Shown: positions 1-12,317 of the stretch, piece after piece
How the letters are laid out: the number at the start of each line of letters is the position of its first letter
How positions within the stretch are numbered: position 1 is the first letter of the stretch
Origin: Squalus acanthias
Taxonomy: Eukaryota
Length of the DNA stretch: 64,000 nucleotides
Assembly: GCA_030390025.1 (NCBI GenBank)
Contig: CM059433.1
Span: forward strand, 14,262,001-14,326,000
Direction: 5' to 3'
The notes under the pieces: model-generated
The model's input: the letters and a program-made list of their open reading frames with translations, nothing else
What the model was told of the DNA's origin: nothing
Database searches by the model: none
Position numbers and translations under genes: made by a program

Positions 1-39
1 CGGGGCACACCGCTTAGTACTTCCTCCCACCCTGACATA

Positions 40-560
40 ACTTATCTAATGAGTATTTGTTTTCGACACTGCAATCAGTTTCTGATCCATTCCCAGGGTT
101 TATCGTGAATCCCCACAACTTTCAGTTTGACTAAAAGCCTTTCATATTGCACTTTGTCAAATGCCTTTTGGAAGTCTGGGTACATGATGCCGTAGGGCTT
201 CCCGCACGTCACTTTGGTTGTCACTTCCTTGAAGAAGTTGAGGACATTGGTCAGGCAGGGTCTTCCTCGTCTGAATCCATGTTAGTTATCATTTGCTAAG
301 TTTTTGCTGTACAGATACAGATACACGAGAATCAATTGCATTATTTTACACTCATGCGTCCATAGTTGTCTGCATTTGTTTTATTCCCCCCTTTTGAATA
401 GGAGAACCAAATTAGCTTTTCAAATGTACTGGTACCTCCCCAGTGTCTAGTGGCTCCCTCATAATGGTTGTAGTGCTTCACAGATCTCCACTTTAATCTC
501 TCTCCGCACACTAGAGATAAATACCATCTATCCTTGGCACCTTATTTGTTTTGAGCCCTG
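40..560 (-). mobile_element. Old degenerate CR1 LINE ORF2 (RT region) fragment
   Basis: Reverse strand near 140-190 reads YPDFQKAFDKV, a CR1 RT motif; heavily decayed. Confidence 0.65.
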
Positions 561-1484
561 AGAGGACAGACGGGACTTGAGTTTAACATCTCAGCAGAAA
601 GTTGGCACCTCCAACAGTGAAACTCTCCCACAATAAACTTAATGTACCCTTAATCATCAAAATAGGACATTTCTCCCAAATTTTATCGCATTGGAAAATA
701 ATTTATCTTCAGGTCTGCCATCTGATAAACTAGAATTTACGCATGATCAATTATATTCAGCAACTCGTTAAACATGAGGTAGGTGCATTTATGTTTTTAC
801 ACTGTAAAACAAATTAAAATACTTTAATTAGCTGGGGCTCAATGCCCTCAGTCTGTGATTTGGTTATAATGCAGCGGTAAATTCTCTAGCCTTTTTTAGA
901 TTAATAGTTCATTGCATACAACACACGGAAGGTAGGAATAAGGAAAAGGTATCCAGTCCATTGATTACGGATCTTTTCGTTGTACATCAGTGATACTGTT
1001 TCTATATCACTTAACTTAGAAAGGAAGATTACGAATTGAAAATTGTGAAGAGGATTTCATTTGGTGCCCAATTCGTACCCACATAGTAAAAGAGGTCTGA
1101 GATCATACAGAACATCCTGTGCACATTCAGAGAGTAGAATATGTGAGCGTTATGAAGACTGAGAGATCTAATGGAGTACAGATGGCCAGGGAGCAAGCCT
1201 GCAAAGTAAGTTCCATCCAAAAGCATTTGAACTAGAGCCGGGAAGGAATTAACAGCCATACTGGTTAACGTTTACCCTGTGAAATGGTGCACTAATTCAA
1301 TAGCTATAATTTTATAAGCTGTTTTGAAGGCTTACAAAATATATATGGCACAAGGGCCTTTCAAGTGTTTAAACAAAAATTATGTTAAGTCATTAGTTAA
1401 TGGCCTGGGTTTAAATGAAAGTCTCTGGTGAACGTTGTATGACAGGAACTAAACAAGTTTTTCTCTTTCACTCTGCTAAGGATA

Positions 1485-2180
1485 GGGCTAGAAATTCGGT
1501 GCATTTGCGCAAATGGCTTTTCGCCCGGGCGCAGCGCTGCTAACGACTCCCGCTAAATTCAGCGGGGGTTTGATGGCGGCGGTAACTGGTAGCGCCCCAT
1601 CACCGTGCGCAGCGCCCCATTTTCGCCCCGATTGCAAAATGGCCCACGCCCCCATAATCTGCGCTGGGCGATGACAGCGACCGATTCAGGGGGCAGGAAC
1701 AAAGCGGGAACAGGAGGCTAACTCTTTACGGAGGTGGCGGGCAGGGGAAATTTTTTTTAAAAAAATCGTCCGACTTACTTATCGCGGCCCGTTGAGTCTT
1801 TGAACGCGGGGTCCGTGCCGCGATCTGGCAGCCCGCGCTCCTCTTGTGTGCCGGGCTGCTGGCACGGCACCCTGCGCCCCGGTGGTCCAGGTAGGGCCCC
1901 GCAGAGTTGTGGGCTTGGGCCCTCCCCTTTAATGATGGGAAGAGCCCTTCCATGCAGCAGCGCTACGTGGCCCAGTGCGTTGTGCTGCAGAACGTATCGC
2001 CCCGATATTTGGGGTGAGCGCTCTAAGAAGGAAGTGGAGCGCTTGAATTAGCGCGCCACCTCCCTCTTGGGGTGCTAAAACTGAAGTTACCGATTGCCGG
2101 CGCTATTTTACGCCGGGCACTAAATTTAGCACCCAGGCAATGTTAGCGACCCAAAATGGTCGCTAACAAATTTCTCCCCC
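1485..2180. mobile_element. GC-rich Harbinger-type MITE
   Basis: Imperfect TIRs GGGCTAGAAATT / AATTTCTCCCCC; flanks ATA/TTA; sharp CpG-rich block in AT-rich DNA. Confidence 0.7.
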
Positions 2181-3054
2181 TTAGAAGTAAGAATGGCTCA
2201 GGTTGTCACGTAACAACAGCATAAATGTTTTTTTGTATAGTTCTTTCGTTCAATATTTGTAACAATCTGTGCAGAGTTAGCTGGTGCACTATAATTGGCC
2301 TCAGTACCCTTGGTTTAGGGACAGAAATATAAGGCTTGCATTCTGGCTCCTGATTATTATCAGTGACTCTGCTGGAAGTGCTGATGTATGGCCATCAGGT
2401 GAGGACAGAATCAGGTTCAGCAGTGATGCCCTACACAGAGCAGAAACCTGCAGACACTCCCTGGTTCTGCTCACGTATGATGAATGACCACTTAGATGAG
2501 GTATCAAAGGGCAGATGGTGCCAGTCAAAACTGCAGCAAGCAACTGAGGGGAAGGGACAAGAGAAAAGTGGCAGAAAAGGTGACAGTAACATATCAATGA
2601 AGGATATTGTTTCCTGTTAACATTACCAGTTTGATTTCTTAACAGTACAGCAATACATGATCGACAGCAATTAGTTGTAGTTTGTGAGGATACCACCACA
2701 TTTTATATTAATTTAAAATAGAGGTGTGTTCCTCTTCAACCAGGCTATCGTAAGAACTTAGACCACAAATGAAGTATCGTTGCACAAGAGAAGTGAATTA
2801 TCCCAGTGGGACTACTATTCGTTCCTTTATTTTGTGATGCTTCTCTCTTATATTTTCCCAAGGTGGTCCACTTGGAATTTTTCACAGCAGCAATCAATGC
2901 TGATCCAAGATAGGTCACCAAGCGAAGGGATTACAGCAGCGTGAATCAACACGATCAGATTTCCCTCCTAGAAGAACAGATTATCAACACAGAGCGATTT
3001 CCCCTCTGTGTCGTGGTTATTATCAACGGCTGTAGTTACAAGCTGAGTCCTGAC

Positions 3055-3380
3055 TAGGGTTGCCAGGACACTGCTACGAACAACCCAGGAGAAAGGTTGC
3101 GGGGTAAAAAAAAACTTAAAAAAAAAATTTCTTTCAACTTTTATTAGTTATAAAAATATTGGAGATGGGATAAAAAAAAAGGCTATTTCACTGGCAGTCA
3201 AGCATCATTCAATCGGGTAATTAAAAGTCTGTTTGCCTTCCAGTTGGTCAGGAAGACGATGCGCTGTGAGGATGGTCGTGTTGGGCAACCAATGGCAGGA
3301 GCGTGGGGGCGGGGCAGTTGGAGGCAAAGGTCATGTGATGAAATCTCCAGGAATACGTCCAACCAGAGTTGGCAACCATG
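3055..3380. mobile_element. Non-autonomous hAT-like DNA element
   Basis: Termini TAGGGTTGCCA ... TGGCAACC; TSD not recoverable. Confidence 0.45.
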
Positions 3381-3679
3381 ACAGAAGGCCATGCTGATGA
3401 ATGCTGTAACGCGGTGTGGTACAAACGGCTGGACACCTCTACGACCCACAATTCCGCACACAATCAATCGATGATCTCAACCAAGAAGTTATGGGATGGC
3501 AAGGATAGGAAGCACTGTTTATTTTAAGTGGGTTAACTTTTAGCCTTATGGATTTTTTTGCCGTTTCTGCCTGCTTTCTTTGCCTCTTTTTCTTTCTCTC
3601 TTTGTTTCCAAAGTGTCTGTGCGATGTTGCTGGTCACAACATACAGGATTGTTTTCCCACCTTTTTTAAAATTTGTTTT

Positions 3680-4910
3680 TATGGGATGTGGGCGTCACTG
3701 GCGAGGCCAGCATTTATTGCCCATCCCTAATTGCCCTAGAGAAGGTGGTGGTGAGCTGCCTTCTTGAACTGCAGCAGTCCGTGTGGCGAAGGTACTCCCA
3801 CAGTGCTGTTAGGGAGGGAGTTCCAGGATTTTGACCCAGCGACGATGAAGGATCGGCGATATACTTCCAAGTCAGGATGGTGTGTGACTTGGAGGGGAAC
3901 TTGGAGGTGGTGGTGTTACCATGTGCCTGCTGCCCTTGTCCTTCTAGGTGGTAGAGGTCGCGGGTTTGGGAGGTGCTGCCGAAGAAGCCTTGACGAGTTG
4001 CTGCAGTGCATCTTGTAGATGGTACACACTGCAGCCACGGTACGCCGGTGGTGGAGGGAGTGAATGTTTAAGGTGGTGGATGAGGTGCCAATCAAGCGGG
4101 CTGCTTTGTCCTGGATGGTGTCGAGCTTCTTGAGTGTTGTTGGAGCTACACTCATCCAGGCAAGTGGAGAGTATTCCATCACACTCCTGACTTGTGCCTT
4201 GTAGATGGTGGAAAAGCTTTGGGGAGTCAGGAGGTGAGACACTCGCCGCAGAATACCTAGCCTCTGACCTGTTCTTGTTGCCACAGTGTTTATGTGGTTG
4301 GTCCAGTTACGTTTCTGGTCAATGGTGACCCCCAGGATGTTGATGGTGGGGGATTTGGCGATGGTAATGCCGTTGAATGTCAACGGGCGGTGGTTAGACT
4401 CTCGCTTGTTGGAGATAGTCATTGCCTGACACTTGTGTGGCGTAAATATTACCTGCCACTTATCAGCCCAAACCTGAACGTCGTCCAGGTCTTGTTGCAT
4501 GCGGGCTTCATTATCTGAGGAGTTGTGAATGGCGCTGAACACTGTGCAGTCATCAGCGAACATCCCCATTTCTGACCTTATGTTGGAGGGAAGGTCATTG
4601 ATGAAGCAGCTGAGGATGGTTGGGCCTAGGACACTGCCCTGAGGAACTCCTGCAGCAATGTCCTGGGGCTGTGATGATTGACCTTCAACTACTACAACCA
4701 TCTTCCTTTGTGCTAGGTATGACTCCAGCCAGTGGAGAGTTTTCCCCCTCGATTCCCATTGACTTCAGTTTTACTAGGGCTCCTTGATGCCACACTTGGT
4801 CAAATGCTGCCTTGATGTCAAGGGCAGTCACTCTGACCTCACCTCTGGAATTCAGCTCCTTTGTCCATGTTTGGATCAAGGCTGTAATGAGGTCGGGAGC
4901 CGAGTGGTCT
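3680..4910 (-). mobile_element. 5'-truncated CR1/L2-group LINE ('family B'), RT domain and 3' tail
   Basis: ORF 3916-4701 has GVPQGSVLGP and MFADD; 4685-4879 has ALDIKAAFD; 3' tail GGGCAATAAATGCTGGCC shared with 9684, 25449 and 55330 copies. Confidence 0.9.
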
Positions 4911-5639
4911 GAAGAACTAGTCTGAAAGAATATCCTTTCGCTTGTGCTCTGGAGGCCGGGAAAGTCCTCCCTTCTTTACTTTTTTACCACCGGAGAATAA
5001 GAGGAAAAGGAACAACACTAATTCCTAGTACTGGTAACGTACCATAGCCTGTGTTCCTTCCTAACAAAAGCACAGAGACAAAGTGAGCTGCAAATCTGCT
5101 AAGAGCCACAAGTGGTCTGTGGACTGTACTATGACGACACTGGCCTTACACTGTTAAACAAAACAATGCATGTTCATTTGGAGACGATTAACATCCCTGG
5201 TTTATTTATTTTTTTAACCAACACTTCTGTACAACTTTAAATGACAAATGAACATCAAGGATACAATTGCGTGAATCACAGATTAATCACTGTATAATAA
5301 GAACTGGATTCACTACCGTAATTTAAAGCTATGTTATGCAAGAACGTACAAGTTATTTCTCCTTTTAATGTTGAAGCAGGCTGCTTGTGAACCGATAAAA
5401 ATTTCTATTCTCAGGTGGCTTTGAGTAATATCTCACACCAGAATTGTAATAATTTGCAATAATTAGATATTTTACCACTTATTGAGCCAACTGCGTTATT
5501 TTTTAGAAAAAAACAGCCAACCAGAAATGACTCAGACGACACTATCCTTCTCTCCATCTCTCTCACACACACTCTCATATATTTCTTTAGTTATCATGCC
5601 AATTGTATTCCATCTCCACCTCCTTTGCAAAGATATTGA

Positions 5640-5960
5640 TTCCTCGCTGAGGTACAGTTCCACTGGCATCTGTTACCTTGGCCAAGTGGCCATTATCCAT
5701 GTGTGAACTTTGACAGACTACTTGATTGTGGGGGAATCAGCTGAGCCTGATTCAGTCCTCACCCAACATCCACACAAGCACACACACTTCCACTGATAAA
5801 TGTTGGAGAGTGACCAAGAATGGGAACCGTTGGCAATTTTCCTTAACCCAAGACTACTGTAGCCAACTGTAACTGTCTGCGATCAGCTATCCAAGCCCAG
5901 ACCGGAGATTGAACTTGGGGCCTGCTTGATCTGTATCCTTCAGCTACTCACTGGACAGCT
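5640..5960 (-). repeat. Ancient degenerate SINE-like repeat (related pieces near 2290-2450, 15470-15660, 16560-16830)
   Basis: Recurring motifs CAAGTGGCCATT and CAGACCGG..GAAC between these loci; B-box-like remnant. Confidence 0.4.
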
Positions 5961-6857
5961 GTCTCTATCACACTGTTTTACACACAGGGGCCTACATACA
6001 CACAAACAAATTATAAGACTATAGATATTAGTAATCTTTGCTGTGGCATATAACTCTTTCTAGCTGTGCAAAAATAACTATTCCTGAGGAAAATGATGTG
6101 ACTCCATGGGACAAAATGTCTTTGGCCCATCCTCACCAACTCTGGATCTCCAAGCTTTCCCATCCCATCACACCCCTCCTTAACACCCTCTACTGCACCA
6201 TGCTTCTCTCTGAGATTCTCCTTTTCAATCCAAGTCTCTAAAGTCATCTATGTCTCTATAATTGCTCTGCTGACCTGTGCCCCTAAACCCTGACAACGTC
6301 CCCATGCATTCAAGATCCTAGATTCCCTGTTCTCTCTGTACCGCCAGATCACCTTTATGCCCTTCCTACAAGATCCCCTTTCACCCTCATTGTAGCATAG
6401 TCATTCCCCGATCCTTGCGTTTTACTGTAACCCACTGCCCACTCCGTTTCTTTTCACCCTATCTGTGTCTATGAGATCCCCAAATTCCCCACATTCACTA
6501 AGACTATATGATCTCCTTCAGTCCAAAAGCTTCCTATTTCTTTGCCCCAAATATACCTGCTTCCATCTATCATCTTCTGACTTCATGTACCTGCCTCAGA
6601 TTTGCCCACGTGTCATAGCCATCTAATTTCTTTAAGAATAGTTTAAACCGTACAAATAGTAAAAATTACAAGTTGCCCTGATGGAGCTATTGAAACTTTT
6701 ATATTTTGCTCGTGGTATTGGGGTTGATGGCAGGTCGCTAAACTCCCCTCATGCTGGAGATTTAATCAGCTGATGTGCAGCTCTTTCTCAGGTGTTCACT
6801 GTGCTGAGAATCCTACCAGCCCACTGCGTTTGTGTGTGAAAGGGAAACAGAGTCTAT

Positions 6858-7451
6858 GGGGAGAATTTTAACTCCAAAAAATGGATGGGTTGGGTGGGAG
6901 GTTAAAGTGTTAAATATATGAATCCTGACCCCCAACCCGTCTCCAACCCCCTTCCAGGTTTAACGGAGGCAGGACAGGGGCGGGCAGGAGGTGGGTTGGC
7001 ACTTTAAATATTATAATGAGGCTGGAAGCCTCGGATTTAAGCTGCTGTGCACTTGTTGTGGGCCGGGAGGAGCAGGAGCGCTTGCTACCGGCCCCCCCAG
7101 CTCCTCCACCATCAGGCCCCACCCAGGGATTGGATATCCCCATTGGGGTCGGGTGTCAGACACCTCCCCCCACCCAGGGTTGGGGATCGAACCCCTCCCC
7201 CCCCCCCCCCCCCCCCCGGGGGCGCCAAGGGGTCGGGCTTGCACCTACCTGAGGCTTCAGCCTCTTCTCCAGCTTTCCCCACCCGACCGGAAGCCAACCT
7301 GTCAGTCTGGCTGACATTCGGGCGGGGAACCTAATTGTGACGTTAAAACTCCGCAATGTGCGGGGAAACCCGGAATTCTGGGTTTCCAGCGCTCTACCGG
7401 TCCCCTCCCCCACTCCCACTCCCAGTGGGTCAAAAACTTAAAATACCGGCC
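6858..7451. mobile_element. Harbinger-type MITE
   Basis: Termini GGGGAGAATTTTAA / TTAAAATACCGGCC; internal similarity to 58340-59020 and 35480-36243. Confidence 0.7.
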
Positions 7452-7704
7452 TTTATGTATATCCTCAGTCAAGTATCTGACTGCTGGAGCTAACACTAAT
7501 ATATGAGGTACTGAGCATGTGTGTAAGTAAAAGACGGAAAGATGGAAAGAGTGTGTGTGAGAAAGAAACAAGGAAGGAATGTGTGTTGTACTTGGGCAAA
7601 TGCAAGTATAGATATCTGAGACAGAACTTTGGGAGAGAGGTGTGAAGAAGGGTGCCGAGGAAATTTGGGGGTAATTTTCACTTTTAGCAGGGGTGGAAAA
7701 CTGG

Positions 7705-8625
7705 CCACATATATTAATGACTTGGAGGAAGAAATACAGTTGTATAGCCAAGGTTGTAGATGACAGTTAGTTAGGAGGCACAGTAAGTTGTGTAGATGGG
7801 AGCAGGAAGTTCCAATGCGACATAGACAGACTAAGTGAATGGGGGCAAAACTATGGAAGATGGAGTTCCAATGTGGGGAAGTGTGAAGTCATCCACTTTG
7901 ATCCGAGAAAGATAAATTGGAATATTTTCTTCATGGTCAGAGGAGCTGTGGAGGAGCAAAGGGATTTAGGTGTCCAATGTACACAAATCACTACAAAAAA
8001 ATAATCAAAAAGGCTGATGAAATGTTGGCCTTTATCTCAAGGAGGTTGGAATTCAAAAGTGAGGAAGTGATACTTCAGTTGTACAGAGCCTTGGTCAGAC
8101 CCTATCTGGAATATTGACCTTGATACTGGCCTTGGAAGGGGTACAGCACAGATTCACCAGAATGATACCAGGGATTAAATAGTTAAATTATGAGTGCTGC
8201 TGGCATTAAAGTGGCTTGTATTCCCTTGAACTTAGATGGTTGAGGGGGGATCTAATCGAGGTGTTTAAAATGATAAAGGGATTCGATAGGGTAGCTACAG
8301 AGAAATTAGTTCTTCTGGTGGGGAATTCCAGAAAAACGGGATACAATCTCAAAATTAGAGCTAAGCCATTTAGGAGTGTAATTAGGAAGTACTTTTCACA
8401 TAAAGGGTAGTGGGAATCTGGAACTGTCTCCCCCAAAAGGCTGTGGAAGCTAGGTCAATTGAAATTTTCAAAAGTGAGATCGATAGATTTTTGTTAGGTA
8501 AGGTATCAAGGGACATGGAACAAACGCGGGGAAATGGAGTTGTGGTACAGATCAGCCATGATCTAGTTGAATGGCGGAACAGACTCAAGGGGCTGAATGG
8601 CCTACTCCCATTCTCTGCCTCTTAT
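7705..8625 (+). mobile_element. CR1 LINE 3' fragment
   Basis: QLYRALVRPYLEY, LRGDLIEVFK motifs; CR1 tail GGGCTGAATGGCCTACTCC. Confidence 0.9.
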
Positions 8626-8689
8626 TCTTTTCAATCTATCTGCCTTCTACACTCCATCCTATCCCACATCGTTGCCTGGTTTCAAGAAT

Positions 8690-8900
8690 GCTTTTCTTTA
8701 TTTCTTCATTATGCTCTGCCTCTCTCAGATGTCTCTGTGGCTGACTCACCCAGCTGCCAACTTTTCTAAAATACTGATGTATCTTTCAATTTTCAGTTCT
8801 GATAAAAGGTACACATCTGAAATGTCAATAACCCGTCATTTCTCTTTGCAGATGCTCACTGCCCTGCTGTGTATTGCTAGTATTTTCCGTTTTCAATGTC
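8690..8900 (+). mobile_element. Degenerate Penelope-like terminal fragment
   Basis: CAGTTCTGATAAAAGG..TGAAATGT..GCAGATGCT resembles the termini at 22020 and 25320. Confidence 0.5.
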
Positions 8901-9304
8901 AATTTTATGTTGTTCCCTTTCCATCTCCAGTGAAAGAAAGTGAGTGAACACTGTTAAATGGCAGGGTCATTCAAGCATTCAGGGCACGGTGATAGGGTCT
9001 CTGAATGCTCTAACTTATTACCGTTTAAAGGCTTTTCACTGGACTAAGGAAGCTGGTATAAACCTGCCTCCTGTCAGCATTTCCTTGCTGGTAGTTGTTT
9101 ACTGGAGACCGTAGTTCCAATGAGGTTTCATTGCACTTCATTACTATATTTGATTTATTATTGTTTGGCCAGATAGGCAAACAATATTGTGATGATGCTT
9201 TAAAGGGAGTTTCATATGCTGCCAATAAATTAGGAAGCAACAGCTCCAGCTACATGTACAATTAGGTTTCTATGTGAAATAAGAAAAATGGTGGTAGAGG
9301 AAAG

Positions 9305-9683
9305 AAAGAGAAAAAGAATTGCATTGATATCGCACCTTTCACGCACTCGCGGCGTTTCAAAGCGCTTTACAGCAAATTAGTACTTTTAAAGTATAGTCAC
9401 CGTTGTAACATAGGAAATGTGGCAGCCAATTTGCGTTCAGCAAGCTCCCACAAATAGCAATGAGATTAACAACCAGATAATCCGTTTTTTTCAAAGTAAT
9501 GTTGAGGGATAAATATTGGCCTCGACATGGGGGAGAACTTTGAAATAGTGCCATGAAACCCTTTATGTCTACCTGAGAGAGCAGACAGGGCCTTGCTTAA
9601 ACACCTCATCTGAAAGACGGCACGTCCAACAGTGCAGCATTCCCTCAGTACTGCCCTGGAGTGTCAGCCTGAATTATATACTC
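9305..9683 (-). mobile_element. Deu-domain SINE (SacSINE1-like) body; its head lies at 12318-12390, split off by a LINE insertion
   Basis: Matches the full copy at 25830-26300; sequence resumes at CAAGTCTCTGGAGTGGG at 12319. Confidence 0.85.
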
Positions 9684-12317
9684 TTCTTATTTTATTCGTT
9701 CCTGGAATGTGGGCGTCGCTGGCAAGGCCAGCATTTATTGCCCATCCCTAATTGCCCCAGAGAAGATGGTGGTGAGCCGCCTTGTTGAACCGCTGCAGTC
9801 TGCGTGGTGAATGTACTCCCACAGTACTCTTAGGGAGGGAGTTCCAGGATTTTGACCCGGCAACTATGAAGGAACGGCGATATATTTCCAAGTCAGGATG
9901 GTGTGTGACTTGGAGGGGAACTTGGAGCTGGTGGTGTTCCCATGCGCCTGCTGCCCTTGTCCTTCTAGGTGGTAGAGGTCGTGGGTTTGGGAGGTGCTGT
10001 CGAAGAAGCCTTGGCCACAATGCGCCGGTGGTGGAGGGAGTGAATGTTTAAGGTGGTGGATGGGGTGCCAATCAAGTGGGCTGATTTGTCCTGGATGATG
10101 TCATGCTTCTTCAGTATTGCTGGAGCTGTACTCATCCAGGCAAGTGGAGAGTATTCCAACACATTCCTGACTTGTCCCTTGTAGATGGTGGAAAGGCTTT
10201 GGGGAGTCAGGAGGTGAGACGCTCGCCGCAGAATAACCAGCCTCTGACCTGCTCTTGTAGCCGCAGTATTTATGTGGCTGGTCCAGTTAAGTTTCTGGTC
10301 AATGGTGACCCCCCAGGATGTTGATGTTGGTGGATCCCACGATAGTAATGTCATTGAATGTCAAGGGATGGTGGTTAGACTGGGCATCGGTGAGTAAGTG
10401 CCGCTTGATAGCACTGTCAGCAACACCTTCCATCAATTTGCTGATGATTGAGAGTAGACTGATGGGGCGGTAATTGGCCGGATTAGATTTGTCCTGCTTA
10501 ATATGGACAGGACATACCTGGGCAGTTTTCCACATTGTCGGGTAGATGCCAGTGTTCTAGCTGTACTGGAACAATTTGGCTAGAAGCGCGGCTAGTTCTA
10601 GAGCACAAGTCTTCAGCACCACAGCCGGGATATTGTCGGGGTCCATAGCCTTTGCTGTATCCAGTGCGCTCAGCCATTTCTTGATATCACATGTAGTGAA
10701 TTGAATTGGCTGAAGACTGGCTTCTGTGATGGTGGGGACCTCAGGAGGAGGCTGAAGTGGATCACCACTCAGCACTTCTGACTGAAGATGGTTGCAAACA
10801 CTTCAGCCTTGTCTTTTGCACTCGCGTGCTGGACTCTGCCATCATTGAGGATGGGGATGTTCATGGAGCCTCTTCCTCCCATTAGTTGTTTAATTGTCCA
10901 CCACCATTCATGACTGGATGTGGCAGGACTGCAGAGCTTTGATCTGCTCCGTTGATTGTGGGTTCGCTTAGCTCTGTCTATAGCATGCTGCTTCCGTTGT
11001 TTAACATGCATGTAGTCCTGTGTTGCAGCTTCCCCAGGTTGACACCTCAGTTTTAGGTATGCCTGGTGCTGCTCCTGGCATGCTCTTCTACACTCTCATT
11101 GAACCAGGGTTGGTCCCTGGCTTGATGGTAATGGTAGAGTGAGGGATATGCCGGGACATGAGGTTACAGATTGTGGTGGAATACAATTCTGCTGCTGCTG
11201 ATGGCCCACAGCGCCTCATGGATGCCCAGTTTTGAGCTGCTAGATCTGTTCTGAATCTATACCATTTAGCACATTGGTAGTGCCACACATCTGAGGGTGT
11301 CCTCAGTTTGAAGACAGGACTTTGTCTCCACAATGACTGCACGGTGGTCATTGCTACCAATAATGTCATGGACAGATGCATCTGCAACAGGTAGATTAGT
11401 GAGGATGAGGTCAAGTAGGTTTTTCCCTCATGTTGGTTCTCTCACCACCTGCTGCAGGCCCAGTCTGGCAGCTATGTCCTTCAGGACTCGGCCAGCTCGG
11501 TCAGTAGTGGTGCTATCGAGCCGTTGAAGACATTGAAGTCCGTCACCCAGAGTGCATTCTGTGCCCTTGCTGCTGTCAGTGCTTTTTCCAAGTGGTGTTC
11601 AACATGGAGGAGTACTGAGGGAGGGCGGTAGGTGGTAATCAGCAGGAGGTTTCCTTGCCCCTGATGCCACGAGACTTCATGGGGTCCGGAATCAATGTCC
11701 CAGTGGTCCCAGGGCCACTCCCTCCCGACTGTATACCACTGCCACCTCTGGTGGGTCTGTCCTGCTGGTGGGACAGGACATACCCGGGGATGGTGATGGA
11801 GGAGTCTGGGACATTGACTAGTCTGTGGGACAGCTCTCCCAATTTTGGCACAAGTCCCCAGATGTTAGTGAGGAGGACTTTTCAGGGTCGACTGGGCTGG
11901 GTGTACCGTTGTCGCATCCAAAGCCAGTGCCAGGTGGTCCATCCGGTTTTATTCTTATTATTGTTTCTTGAAGCGGTTTGTTACAACTGAGTGGCTCAGA
12001 GGGCAGTTAACATATCGGCCAGACCAGGTCTGGAGTCATATATAGGCCAGACCAGGTCTGGAGTCATATATAGGCCAGACCAGGTAAGGACGGCAGATTT
12101 CCATCCCTAAAGGACATTAGTGAACCAGATGGGTTTTTACAACAATCTGGTAGTTTCATGGTCACCATTATTGATACTAGCTTTTTTATTCCAGATTTAT
12201 TTAATTAACTGGATTTAAATTCTAGAGCTGCGGTGGTGGGATTTGAAATCACAACTCTGGATTATTAGTCCAGGCCTCTGGATTACTAGTCCAGTAACAT
12301 AACCACTATGCTACCGT
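9684..12317 (-). mobile_element. Family B LINE with internal deletions, APE endonuclease remnant and a tRNA-derived SINE-like 5' head
   Basis: TNIWGLVPKLGEL..IPGY..DR (APE), NPANYRPISLL; RT core deleted near 10380; 5' end has A-box TAGCATAGTGG and anticodon arm CTGGA-CTAGTAA-TCCAG. Confidence 0.85.

Noticed and set aside
1029..1259. Minus ORF containing GLLPGHLYSI (FN3-like) with possible splice sites
   Set aside because: The rest lacks an FN3 pattern; cannot be distinguished from chance
2980..3020. Short hairpins (ACACAGAG/CTCTGTGT here; AGCATTCAG/CTGAATGCT near 8974-9009) as miRNA precursors
   Set aside because: Stems too short for a pre-miRNA
3916..4701. 261-aa ORF as a host gene
   Set aside because: RT fragment of a truncated, frameshifted LINE
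9025..9249. Minus open frame LELLLPNLL... as an exon
   Set aside because: Poor splice signals and no recognisable homology
12230..12317. tRNA gene
   Set aside because: Duplicated anticodon arm, degenerate B-box and continuation into a SINE core: a SINE head, not a tRNA
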